Below, one piece after another: positions 23,328 through 34,028 of a stretch of 64,000 bases of DNA. The stretch spans positions 3,348,001 through 3,412,000 of the forward strand of contig CAKKNE010000006.1 of the NCBI GenBank assembly GCA_918797485.1, written 5' to 3'. The notes below the pieces were generated by a model. The model saw nothing but the letters and a program-made list of their open reading frames with translations, was not told where the DNA came from and made no database searches. Positions within the stretch are counted from its first letter, which is position 1. The number at the start of each line of letters is the position of its first letter. The stretch is from Pelagomonas calceolata. Its lineage: Eukaryota. The position numbers were made by a program, and so were the translations under genes.

Positions 23328-25421
23328 ATGCGCCTCCTCGCTGCCGCGGCGCTTCTGTCGACGACGTGCAGTCGCCTCTACACGCCGCGCCTCTTCCCGC
23401 CGCGCCCGGAACCGCCGCTCCCACCACTAACGAAGGAGGCCTGCGACCGCCAGGCCCGCGACGAGCGGCGGGCGCGGCAATACTCTAATACCACGTGCGC
23501 ACCGCTGGTGGACGGTGGTTGCGCAACGAGCTGCTGCCGCACGGGTGCCGAAGAAGATACGGCGCGCGCCCGGCGCTGGGTCGCGGCCCGAAGCTATATC
23601 GTCGCCTCTCTGGCCACGTCAGATCCGGCGTGCGCCGCGCGCGCGACGGTCGAGAACCTGCTCGCGCATACGACGGACGTCTTAGTCGTCGTGCACCGCG
23701 GCTGCGGGTCGGAACGCTTCACTCTATCCGATGCTCGCGTCGTGCTAAACCCGGTCTGCGTCCCCACGCGACGGGCCTACGGGTCGCTGCTGCACGCCCA
23801 CCTGCGCAACGTGCTGTACGCGAAAACAACGTTTTCAAAACCTCCGACGCACGTCCTCCTGACGGCGGCGAATTTGTACTGGATCGCGCCCGGCGTCGAA
23901 AGTTATATCCGCGCCGTCGGTTCGAGCGTCTACGGCGCGCCGCGGGTCGCCCCGCCCGCGACCCACCCGCCGGATTTAGATCCGGACTGGGCCTCCATCG
24001 TGAGACGCCTGCCGTCCGAGGGCGCGCTCCAGCAAAAACACGAGGGGAGCTTCTACCCCTGGGCCGCGGCGGCGCACATGGTCCACACGATCGACTTGAA
24101 CCGCCTGAACCACCGCTCCTGCTTCTGCGGCGGTTTTTGTATCGAAGAATATTACCTGCCGAACCTGTTCTATCTTCTGGAGAAGGACCGCTTCCCTTCG
24201 GGAATCGACGCGGCCTGCTACGCGCGAGCCAATCCCGATTTAAGACCGGGCTACTGCGTCGATGGCGAGTGCGACGCGCGGGGGCTAAGAAGGCACTGGG
24301 ACGACTTCGGACGGTGCGAGGGCCGCCCGGTCGCGTGTCCTCCTACGACCATGGAGTCTCCAACACTCAAAGCGCGCGTCACGGTCTTCTACAACGTCTT
24401 CGCCAAGGCCACGGGCGCGGCCGCGGCCATCGTCGCCGAGCAGATGAGCCAGTTACGAGAGGCGCCGCTCTGGCCGTTCATCGAGGAGGTGCGCTACGCG
24501 ACGATCGGTCCGGACGCCGCCGTAGCCGCCGAGGTCGCGAAGCACTGTACGGACGTAACGTGCGTCCACCTCGGCCACGACGCGGCGGGCAGCGAGCTGA
24601 ATAGTTTGGAACCGCTCCACGCGTATTGCGTCCAAAACCCGGAGGCGTCCGTGGCCTACCTCCACGACAAGGGCTCGTTCCACGAGTCGCCGCGCAACGC
24701 CCGGCTGCGGCGGGTTCTATTACGGGGTCTGGCGTCGCGGCCGTGCGCCGCCGCGATCACGGCTCCTAGTGCTTGCGACGTCTGCTCCAGTCGCTTCGCC
24801 GTAACGCCCCACCAGCACACGTCCGGGAACATGTGGCTCGCGAGATGTTCGTACGTTCAACGGCTCCACGCGCCGCGGGACTTCCGGCGACGGATGGAGC
24901 TCCATTATGGGAGAAAAAAGGGCGGCGAGGCCTGGCCCCTGGGGACCTGGCGCTTCGCCTACGAGCACTGGGTCCACTCGCACCCGTCGTTACGGGCGTG
25001 CGACGTCCTCGATCACGAATTCCAGGAGGGCTACGGGAACCTGCCCCCGACGGATTTTGAGATCTCGTTCGCGCTGGCGCCGCGGTATAACAGAGGCCAC
25101 GCGTTCTTCGCCGCCGCGACGGCCTTCCGCGGGCGGCCGGCGGCGTTCTCCCTCGACGACCGCATCCCGGAGATGGAGCGCGAGTGGCGCGCGCTCTACA
25201 ACGCGACGCCTCCACCACTATCGCGGCTCCGGACCTACTACGGCGGCCGGGCCTGCGTCGCTCCCGCGCCGGCGGCGGGCGGCGGGCGGCGCGACGACTT
25301 CCTGTTCGCGGGGACGGTCGCGAGTCGCGACCGGGTCCTGCGGAGGGAGGTCGGACGCACGAAGTTCGCCGTCAAGCACCGCGCGCACAACGTCAGCTGC
25401 GCGCGGTCGGGGATTAGTTAG
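23328..25421 (+). CDS. Secretory-pathway protein with two putative glycosyltransferase-like domains
   Basis: 697-aa ORF with signal peptide/anchor; second domain has YLHDKG...SGNMWLARCSYV...RFAYEHWV. Confidence 0.65.
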   Translation: MRLLAAAALLSTTCSRLYTPRLFPPRPEPPLPPLTKEACDRQARDERRARQYSNTTCAPLVDGGCATSCCRTGAEEDTARARRWVAARSYIVASLATSDPACAARATVENLLAHTTDVLVVVHRGCGSERFTLSDARVVLNPVCVPTRRAYGSLLHAHLRNVLYAKTTFSKPPTHVLLTAANLYWIAPGVESYIRAVGSSVYGAPRVAPPATHPPDLDPDWASIVRRLPSEGALQQKHEGSFYPWAAAAHMVHTIDLNRLNHRSCFCGGFCIEEYYLPNLFYLLEKDRFPSGIDAACYARANPDLRPGYCVDGECDARGLRRHWDDFGRCEGRPVACPPTTMESPTLKARVTVFYNVFAKATGAAAAIVAEQMSQLREAPLWPFIEEVRYATIGPDAAVAAEVAKHCTDVTCVHLGHDAAGSELNSLEPLHAYCVQNPEASVAYLHDKGSFHESPRNARLRRVLLRGLASRPCAAAITAPSACDVCSSRFAVTPHQHTSGNMWLARCSYVQRLHAPRDFRRRMELHYGRKKGGEAWPLGTWRFAYEHWVHSHPSLRACDVLDHEFQEGYGNLPPTDFEISFALAPRYNRGHAFFAAATAFRGRPAAFSLDDRIPEMEREWRALYNATPPPLSRLRTYYGGRACVAPAPAAGGGRRDDFLFAGTVASRDRVLRREVGRTKFAVKHRAHNVSCARSGIS

Positions 25422-25980
25422 GCCCGTTTTTTACATCGCCCTTAACTAGCTTTTTGCCTGGGCGGCGGGACCCTGCGACCTGCGCGCTGGCGACCGCGAT
25501 CGGTCCAGTCTTCGAAGATAGCGCCCTCCTCCAACTCGAGGCGCCGGTCGACGCAATAATTGTGCAGTTTAATGCACGCGCCGATACGCTGGGGATGGCT
25601 TGTTTTGCCGCGCTGACTCCTACTCTCTCAAAAAGCGGGGCGACGTGTGGACAGCCAAGAGTCGCGGCGGCTGCCTCCTCACCGAGATCACCGCCACAAT
25701 AAAAAGAAACGGAAAGGACGTTCGTTGCGACCCGTACACTTCGTCGGGAACGAGCTACTCGAAGTTCGTCATCGAGGCGTCAGGTCCAGATCCATATCTC
25801 GGCCTGCCGTTTCATTGTGGTGCTTATCGCGACACCGGCCCGCCGTACACTGACGATGATGCTCAGCGCGCGTCCACATGCTCACGAGGGACACTGCCCA
25901 CCCTCAAAGCTTTCCTCCCGCCCCTTTCCCAGATACATACTCGCTCCTAAAAACCGTACGACGAAAGATGAGCGCTCTAC

Positions 25981-28900
25981 TTAGGCCCTCCGCACGACGT
26001 GCGCGCACGCCGCCGGCAGCTGCAGACAGTTCCGCCTTGATAGATCGAGCGTCTTCGCCAGCACCGCTCCGTATAGAGTAGGTGGTTCTACCACTCCAGC
26101 TAACACACCCGCATCGAGCTTCGACAGAGCGCCGATGCACCGCGTCGCGATCCTATCGGACCCTTCGACTAATTCTTTGCACCCAATGACCAACACCCCG
26201 CGCGGCCACAGTTCCTCGGACGAACCTCTGGGAACAGTAGACAGCCACCGGCCGCCCGCGCACTCGACGATGTCCTGCAGCTCCGAATCGGACGGGAGCA
26301 TCATCGAGGCGTCGCGGGCGCCGGGCGCCAAAGCGACCGCATAACCCGACAATACTTTGACGGAGGGATTTTGAGCTAACGACCTCGCAAGATTGAAGCC
26401 CCAGAGCTGCTCCTTGGCTCTATCCTTCACTAAAAATGGCTTCTCGTCGGCCCGGCCGTCCGAGGCCAAACAAGCCCCGAGCCACTCGCCCGTCACCACA
26501 TAAGACGCCGTAGATAACCCGATCATGAGCTTCGGCGTCCGCTTGAGGGGCGCCTTCGTGATGACGTGCGTCGCGTCCCGCGCACCGACCTCGCTGAAGC
26601 CAAGCAGTTTTAAGATACCGCGCTCCGAGATCGACGGCTCGTAGTTCGTGAAGACAATGCGTACCGAGTCGTCGGGCGGCTGCATGGTGGTCTCGGGCTC
26701 GGCCTTGCGCTGCTTCGCCTTCGTCGCGGGTTCCTTGGGCGCCTCCGGAGGCTCAGCGGCCTTGCGCTTCTTCGCGGCGGGCTTCTTCGGCGGTGGTGCG
26801 GGCGCGGGCGCGGGCTCGGCGGCCTTGGGCGCGCGGCCGCGCTTCTTCGGCGGCGCCGCGGGCTTCTTCGGCGCGGGCGCCGGCGCCGGTGCTTCCTCCT
26901 CCTCGGGAGCGGCGGCGGCCTTGGGCTGCCGGCCGCGCTTCTTCGGCGGCGCCGCGGGGTTCTTCGGCGGCTCGGCCGCGGCGGCGGGCTTCCGGCCCTT
27001 CTTCGGCGCCGGCGCCGGCGCGGGCGCGTCCTCCTCCTCGGCCTCGGGAGCTGCCGGCGCGTCCAGCGGCGTCGTCGTGTTCGCGCGGAGCGACTTCCGC
27101 TCGCCCGCGCCGCCCTCGTCGTTCGCGTCGCCGTCCAACTCCACGAAGAGCCAGCCGCGCGCGCGCCGCTCGAGGATCGTCGCGACGCGGCCGCCGGCCG
27201 TGCGCACCTGCTCCCGCTCCTCGGGCTCCGCGGCCGCGGGCGCCTTGGCCGCCGCCGGCTTCTTCGCCGGCGCGGCGGCCTTGGCGGCCTTGGGCGGCCG
27301 GCCGCGCTTCTTGGGAGGCGGCGCCTCCGCGGCCGCCTCCTCCGGGGCCGCGGGCGCCTTTTTCCGCCCGCGCTTCTTGGGAGCCGGCGCCTCGGCCTCC
27401 TCCGCGGCCTCCTCGACCTCCTCCGGAGCCGCGGGCGTCTTGGCCGCCGCCGCCGGCTTCTTGGCCTTCGGCGGCCGCCCGCGTTTTTTGGGGGCCGGCG
27501 CCTCGGCCTCGTCGGCGGCCGCGGGCGACTTCGGGGGCCGCCCGCGCTTCTTCGGCGCGGGCGCCGCGTCCTCGGCCGCGGGCGACGGCGCGGCCTCTTC
27601 TGCGGTCGCAGCTCTCGCCGCCGCGCCGCCCGCGGCGCGCCGGGGCGCCTTGGCGGGCGGGCTCGACGCCGGCTCGAACTTGTCGCGCCGCGCGCTCCGC
27701 ACCGTCTCCTCGCCGTCGAGGCGCAGCTTCCACCAGCCCCGCTCCGGCAGCGCCTCGATACGACCGGGCGCGCCGCCCATGGTGACGCGGGCGCCCACGG
27801 CCAGGCCCTCGGCGGCCGTCGGCGACGCCGGCGCCGCCGCGGCCTCGTCCTCGTCCGCGCGCGGGCTGTTCGACGCGCTGCGCCCGCCGATGAGGGCCTC
27901 GCCGGACGTCGACCGGCGCATCTTGTCCCGCCCCGAGGGCTCCGCGTACGACACGGGCGACCCCGCGCGCCGCGGCCGCCGCGCCTGCGGCTTCGACGCC
28001 TTCTTCGCCGGCTTCTTGGACTTGGGCGGCGCCGGCGCGGCCGCTTCCTCCTCCTCCTCGTCGGCGGCGTCGGGGCTCGGCGGCGGCGGCGGCGCGTCGG
28101 GCGACTTCGGGGGCCGCCCGCGCTTCTTCTTCGGCGCCGGCGCCTCCTCGGCGGGCGACGCCGGCGCGGCGTCCTCCTCGGCCGCGGGCGACTTCGGGGG
28201 CCGCCCGCGCTTCTTCTTCGGCGCCGGCGCCTCCTCGGCGGCGGGCGACGCCGGCTCGTCCTCCTGGGATGCAGCGGGCGACTTCGGGGGCCGCCCGCGC
28301 TTCTTCTTCGGCGCCGGCGCCTCCTCGGCGGGCGACGCCGGCGGCTGAGTGGTCGACACGGCGTCCTCAGTCGCCTCGCCGACGCGGAAGAAGCCGCCCT
28401 TGAGGTCGTACTTGAGGTCCCCCTTCTTGCCGCCGCCCTCCAAGTACTCGCGCGCCGTCGTCGCCGCCTCGATGCTCGCGGGCCGCCCGCGCCCGCCCCG
28501 CGGCTTCTCCGTGCGCGCGATGGGCGCGTTGCGCGCGATGAGCGCGTCGACGTCTTGGCTGGCCGGCGAGGGCGGCGGCGGCGCGGGGGCGGCGTCCTCC
28601 TCGTCGTCGTCGTCCGCCGGCGGCGGCGGCGCCTCGTCCTCGTCGTCGTCCGCGGGCGCCGCGTCCTCCTCCTCCTCCTCCTCCTCCGCCACCGCGTCGA
28701 GCTGCGTCTCCGCGTCCGCGGCCGCCGGCGGGGGCGCGTCGAGCTGCGTCTCGGCGTCGTCGGCCGGCGCGCCGCCGCCGAGCTGCGTCTCCGCGTTCGC
28801 GTCGGCGGCGTCGTCGTCGTCGTCCTCGGGCGGCGGCGCGCAGGGCGTCAGCGACGAGGCCCGCCGCGACAGGGGTTTGGCCGCGCCCGGCGCCTGGACC

Positions 28901-30560
28901 GTCCACCAGCCCTTGGTCTTGCCTATCACATGAAACGCCTGGCCCGTCTCCTTGTCCACGGCGCCGCCGCCGACGCGCAGCTCCTCAACAACCTCCTCTT
29001 CAACGACCGCTTCCTCCTCGCCCCCGGACTCCGCGAAGACGCCGTCGGCCGTGCGGTCGTCGGCGATGGGCCCCTCGTCGTCGGCGGGCGCCGGCGCCGG
29101 CGCCTCCGCTTGGTCGTCCTCGAAGGAGAAGAGCTCGCGCGCCGCGCCCTTGCCCGGCGCGGACGGCGGCCCCTCGTTTGACTGAGAGCCGCGGCGCCGC
29201 GGCGCCGGCGACGCGAGGTCCGGCGCCTGGGCTTGCGCGATGCGCGCCGCGCCGTCGAGCACGGACGGCGACGCGTGCTCCGGCGCCACGGGCGGCGGCA
29301 GCGCCTCCTGAGGTGGCGGCGCGTCGAGCTGCGTCTCGGCGTCCGGCGCCGCTTCACTGTTATCGTCGTCGTCGTCGGCCTCCTCGAACCTTAATTCGTC
29401 ATCATCATCATTTGGTGGAGGCGGCGGCGCCTCGAGCTGCGTCTCGTCGTTCTCCTCTATCTCTGTACCGTCCGGCTCCTCCTCTTCGGCGACCGGTTCC
29501 AGTTGCGTCAGCGTCGCCAGCGGCGGCGCGGGCTCGAGCTGCGTCTCGTCGCCGGCCGGCGCAGCTGGCTCCTCTTCTAGTTGCGTCTCGTCGCCCTCGG
29601 GCACCTGTGTTGATCGACGCCGTCGCGAGACGCCATGGCTCGACGTTCAAAAAAAGACGCCGCGTCACGGACCGCCGGCATCTCGTCGAGCTGCGTCTCG
29701 TCGTTCTCGGGCGAGCCGTAGTCGAAGCCCCCGCCACCAGGCGAGGGCAGGAAGCCCGAGGCGTCCGTGCCCTGCGTGTGCAGGTCCGGCGTCGCGCGCA
29801 GAAATCCGGTAGCATCAGACCCTTGCGTCTCCCCCTCGGGAGGGTCGCCGCGCGTTACTGTGGATGCCCTTATGTTCTTCCGCTCGAAGGCCGCGCCCTC
29901 ACCGTTCGCGTTGCCGTCGAGCTCGACGTAGAGCATGTCGTTCGACCTTCGCTCCAGCACCGTGGCCACTCTCCCCGAAGCGGTGGTCACCGTATCACCA
30001 CTGGAAGCGGCGGGCGTGGCGGGCACGGGCGCGACGGCGCTCCGAGGCGTCGCCGGTGGGCTTCCTGGTGGAGTAGTAGACGCTCTCCGGTAGGCCTGGG
30101 TCTCGGGCTCGTCGTAGGCCTGCGTCACGGCCTCCGTCGAGCCCCAGGTCGGCTTGTACTTGAGGGGACCGAAGCTTACGGTACCGGTGGCGGGTACCAT
30201 CACCGGTCGGTCCTTTTTTTTTGATTTGATGGGCTGCCACCCGACTTGTAACGTGACCGTCGTCCCGCAGCGCGAGTTCTGATCTCTCACGAATAACTCC
30301 TGGGCTTTGGGGTCCGGCTCAATAATAGCATGCCTCCGCGAGACCTTGTCGTGGTCGATGCGGTGGTAAGGGGCTCCTTGATCCCATCCACTTTCTGCCC
30401 GGCCGATGTGGTTCTCTCCCGACGATAGTAGTAGCTCTTTAGGTACATTGGGTTCGTCGGACACTAAAACTAACCGGCACTGGACCTCGTTCTGGTCGTC
30501 CAGGAGCAACTTCGCGGCCTCGTGCTCGTCGTCGTCGCTTAGGGCTTGGGTCTCGTCCAT
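25981..30560 (-). CDS. FHA + TQ repeats + AT-hooks + tandem BRCT protein (MDC1-like architecture, ~1503 aa)
   Basis: FHA (IGR...VSRRHA...DQNSRCGT); GT-AG intron 29672-29605; many ETQL and KKRGRPPK repeats; C-terminal ATHVI...KRTPKLM...EWL and LQDIVECAGG BRCT motifs. Confidence 0.82.
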
Positions 30561-31149
30561 CGTCGTTGGCTTGTGCTACGCTGTCCGAAGCACGGCTGAT
30601 CTCGCGCTGCGCGTCCCGCGCGCGCGCGTTTCTGTAAAATGGCGCCTCTGGACGGTTTCGCGCGCTGCTGCGCGTTCTCTTCAGCAGCGCTCGCTTTTCA
30701 CAGCGATGGGGTAGTCAAACGACCGTCTAGGGTGTCCGCAAGCTCGTCTTAGGGCGAGCGCGCGTCGATTCGCTTGGCCGCTCTCGGCGCCGCTCTCTAG
30801 TACCTTTTATCTAGCGTTCAAAATCCAACGGACGCTCTCTCACCCGTCAGCTCGCAAGAGCACGGCCTGCGCGACGGATGAGAGGCATCGCGAGCAAAGC
30901 GCAGGAGGCATCCTCGTTTGGTGATATTTGCCGATCCTGCCTTTGACGATGCATCTAGCTACGCGCGTCGGCAATTGCCGGCTGCGGCGGCTGGCGAAGA
31001 TGCTCTCCTAGTTAGGTCCCAGCCCTACGCACACCGATTTTAGCGGAGCGTGCGCGTAAGCGACGTAGATCCGCATTGCGCCCCTAGAGGTTGCACAAGC
31101 CGGCGGCGCGCGCGAGCACGCACGCATCTAGGCGCCGCGGCACCGAACC

Positions 31150-32433
31150 ATGTCCTCGCGCAAGCGCCCCCACGCCAAGGTCGCGTCGAGCGACGTGCCC
31201 CTGCGCACCGGCCAGTGGACGCAGGCCGAGATCGCCTTTGCGAACCAAGTGATCGCCCACTTCCACGCCGGCGTTCTTCCCAATTGCGACAACGGGGCGA
31301 CTTTGAGAGCGTTACTTGCCGAATTGTTGCACTGCTCGCCGATGCGGATTTCCAAGAAGTTTGCTGGTGATGGGGCTATTGGTAAACGTACTTTTACTCG
31401 CTCCGGCGCTTTGGCGGATGCCGCTCGGGCCGAATTGTATCGGTTGGAGAAGGCCTTCCACGAGTCGATAGATGGGCAGCAGCGGTGGCCCCTCGCGCCC
31501 TGGCACACGCTTTTACTTGGAAGGGACGAGCCTGTTAGGGGTCCGGCGCCGCCGCCACCTAGTAGACCCGTGGCGCCGACCGTGCCTCCACGATCTCGCG
31601 GCGCGCCGCCGCGCCAGACGCCTATCACTTTGTCAAGGCTGAACTACGACCAGCAGCCCCAGGGCGCGGTCGCGCGACGAGGGAGTCGAGGCGGCATCAC
31701 CATGCCCGAGGGTGCGGCGTTGAATGCGTCTCGGCCGCGAGGTGCTCCACCTCGACCACCAGCTCCCGCCCCAGCACCAAATAGACCTCCTGAACAATAC
31801 GGTTCCCTGTACAACCGCCAATTGCTCCACCGAGAAGTCTACGGCTGGGTGCCGAATGAGCTGGGCGTCGAGCAGTCGCCCCAGACTTTAGCAAGGATGC
31901 TCGATCCCACGGGCCAGCCCCAACCACGGGGCCCGCCGTCGATGGCGCAGCAGATGTTCTGGCCGAACCTGCCGCCCGGCGCGTCGCCGCTCGACTTGCA
32001 GCGCCAGCTCCCGCCCGGCGCGTCGCCCCTGGATTTGCAGCGGCAGATCCCGCCACCCGTTCCAGGCCAGGGCGGGCCGTCGCCGCCGCTGCCGCAGGGC
32101 TCGCCGATCGGCTTCAGTCCTATGATCGACTTCGCGCGCATGCCGCCGCCTCCACCAGTGGCGACGGGGCCGTCGCCGGCTCCGTTATCTCGTGCTTTGT
32201 ACGCCGCGGCGCCGCCTCCTCAGTCGGTCGTGGCGGCCGCGCACGCCGCGGCGCAGGCGGCGGCCGGCGTGGCTTCGTCGGACACGCCGCAGAGCGTGAC
32301 GTCTGAATTATCTGCGGGTTCTCCGGCTTCACAAACAGCCGGTACGCTGAGCGGCGCCGACAACACGGCTGAGTCGACGCAGCGGTCCCTGGCCGACGAC
32401 GCGACGCCCGCCGAGGCGTCCGAGACGAGCTGA
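31150..32433 (+). CDS. Putative transcription regulator with Myb-like stramenopile domain
   Basis: LRTGQWTQAE...TLRALLAELLHCSPMRISKKFAG followed by a Pro/Gln-rich tail. Confidence 0.7.
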   Translation: MSSRKRPHAKVASSDVPLRTGQWTQAEIAFANQVIAHFHAGVLPNCDNGATLRALLAELLHCSPMRISKKFAGDGAIGKRTFTRSGALADAARAELYRLEKAFHESIDGQQRWPLAPWHTLLLGRDEPVRGPAPPPPSRPVAPTVPPRSRGAPPRQTPITLSRLNYDQQPQGAVARRGSRGGITMPEGAALNASRPRGAPPRPPAPAPAPNRPPEQYGSLYNRQLLHREVYGWVPNELGVEQSPQTLARMLDPTGQPQPRGPPSMAQQMFWPNLPPGASPLDLQRQLPPGASPLDLQRQIPPPVPGQGGPSPPLPQGSPIGFSPMIDFARMPPPPPVATGPSPAPLSRALYAAAPPPQSVVAAAHAAAQAAAGVASSDTPQSVTSELSAGSPASQTAGTLSGADNTAESTQRSLADDATPAEASETS

Positions 32434-32662
32434 TTCTCCTTTCCTTGTGACCGCGTCTGCGCGATGGCGTGGTGGTTCACGGTCTAGGTTCACGGAGGCC
32501 GCGCCTGCGACACGGCCCGTCTCCGACACGCCTCGCTTGGCGAATAATACTATTACTAGTACTAGAAGTATACTAGTATGATTTTCCGAGTCGCTCCCGG
32601 CGACGTCCCGCGGCGGCACTTCTCGCGGCGACGACGGCGTATGGCGCATAATAGTATGGATA

Positions 32663-33451
32663 TTAGTACCAGTCCCCGCTCCCGTCGAGCGACACGCGCT
32701 GCAAATCTCCGCTGAGATCATCATTCTGGGTCCACGTGTCGACGACGCACGCCTGGCGCGGGAACCACAAAGGTTCTGAAGGGCAGTCCAACCGCAACGC
32801 ATCTCTGTCCAAAGAGTGCTCGAGCACGGAAAAAACGCCGCCGCAGCACCGTTTATGCGCGTCCGTAAAAGCCTCAGGCTCTCGGAATTGGACCAGGGTC
32901 TCGACCTCGTCCGCTGCTAATAATTCCACGAGCGTGCCCTTTTGTATGATAACGCTCCGCCGCCGCTTCGGTGGGGAGACCACGGGCGTCCGCCGCTTGC
33001 CCCGGATGAAGCCGAGTTTTCTCGAAGTTCCGTTGTCGGCCGCCGCGACGTGGATCAAGTAGTTCGCACCATTTACTTGGATACCGTTGACGCTCTGCAG
33101 GGTGTCGCCGGGCCGGATCTCGCCAACCAGCGGCGAGTCAAAAAAGACCTCCCTGACAATCGTCGACTTGCGACTTTCAAACGCGACGCCGAGCTTCCCG
33201 GACGGCGCCTCTACCTCATAAGTGCACCCTTCGTCGTCCGACGCTACCGAATCCGAGTCCGACTCGAGCAGCGGCGGCGTGTCCAGGCGCGGCCCGGCGA
33301 GCGTCATATCCACCGAGACCTTGGCCAGCTCGCGCTGATCCGGGGAGAGGATGTCGTCGTCGTCACTGGAACCGTCGAAGGCGTCCAAGAAATTTTGTTG
33401 TTCGGGGCTGAAGGCGCCGCCCGCGTTCTTCTTCTTGGCGAAGAGGCCCAT
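32663..33451 (-). CDS. PDZ-like domain protein
   Basis: APSGKLGVAF...SPLVGEIRPGDTLQSVNG; N-terminal MG possible myristoylation site. Confidence 0.65.
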   Translation of the reverse strand: MGLFAKKKNAGGAFSPEQQNFLDAFDGSSDDDDILSPDQRELAKVSVDMTLAGPRLDTPPLLESDSDSVASDDEGCTYEVEAPSGKLGVAFESRKSTIVREVFFDSPLVGEIRPGDTLQSVNGIQVNGANYLIHVAAADNGTSRKLGFIRGKRRTPVVSPPKRRRSVIIQKGTLVELLAADEVETLVQFREPEAFTDAHKRCCGGVFSVLEHSLDRDALRLDCPSEPLWFPRQACVVDTWTQNDDLSGDLQRVSLDGSGDWY

Positions 33452-34028
33452 CGTTCCGACGGCGCGCGCGCCTCACGCAGGGTCGGGTCGAGGGCGGCGG
33501 CGGGGTTTGCCTCCGAACCGGAGTCCCGCGCAGCAGCCCCGAGGAGCTTGGCGCCAAGGCGGCCAAAGAGAGGGCTGGGCGCTCTGCCCGGCCGAAAGAG
33601 CTGGGAGCGGCCGGCGGACGGCTTTCAGAAACTCCGTGCGCCACCCGACCGGCTGCCTCGGTCGCCGGGGTGCGCGCGCGTGCCGGATTGACAGCCGGGT
33701 GCTCTCGCTGCCTAATCGGAAATATCTCTTAATTCGGCGCATTTCTATGAAGGCGACGCCCGCGGCGACGCGTCTCCCACGGCTCTTTGGGACCGCTCGC
33801 CCGAATTTCGCGCGGGCTATGCTATTCGATTCAATTAGGGTGCCAACCAACAGCCGGGTGCCGGCGCTGCGCAAAACGACCGTCGCACGGCCGACGACGC
33901 GGGCTCCCATGCCTTGCAGCCGATAATCAATGCGCACGATGCCGATCAACGCGCGCGGGTAGGCCGAGGGCTGCCCCAAAGCTGCCCCATCACGAAAAGC
34001 TGCGCCTGTACGCCATCGAGCAGCCACC

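Noticed and set aside
26648..28933. Long + strand Gly/Ala-rich ORFs
   Set aside because: Antisense shadows of the repetitive FHA/BRCT gene. Similar shadow ORFs occur throughout because of high GC.
30560..31150. RNA gene in the ORF-free gap
   Set aside because: No tRNA/rRNA-like sequence recognised; consistent with a divergent promoter region.
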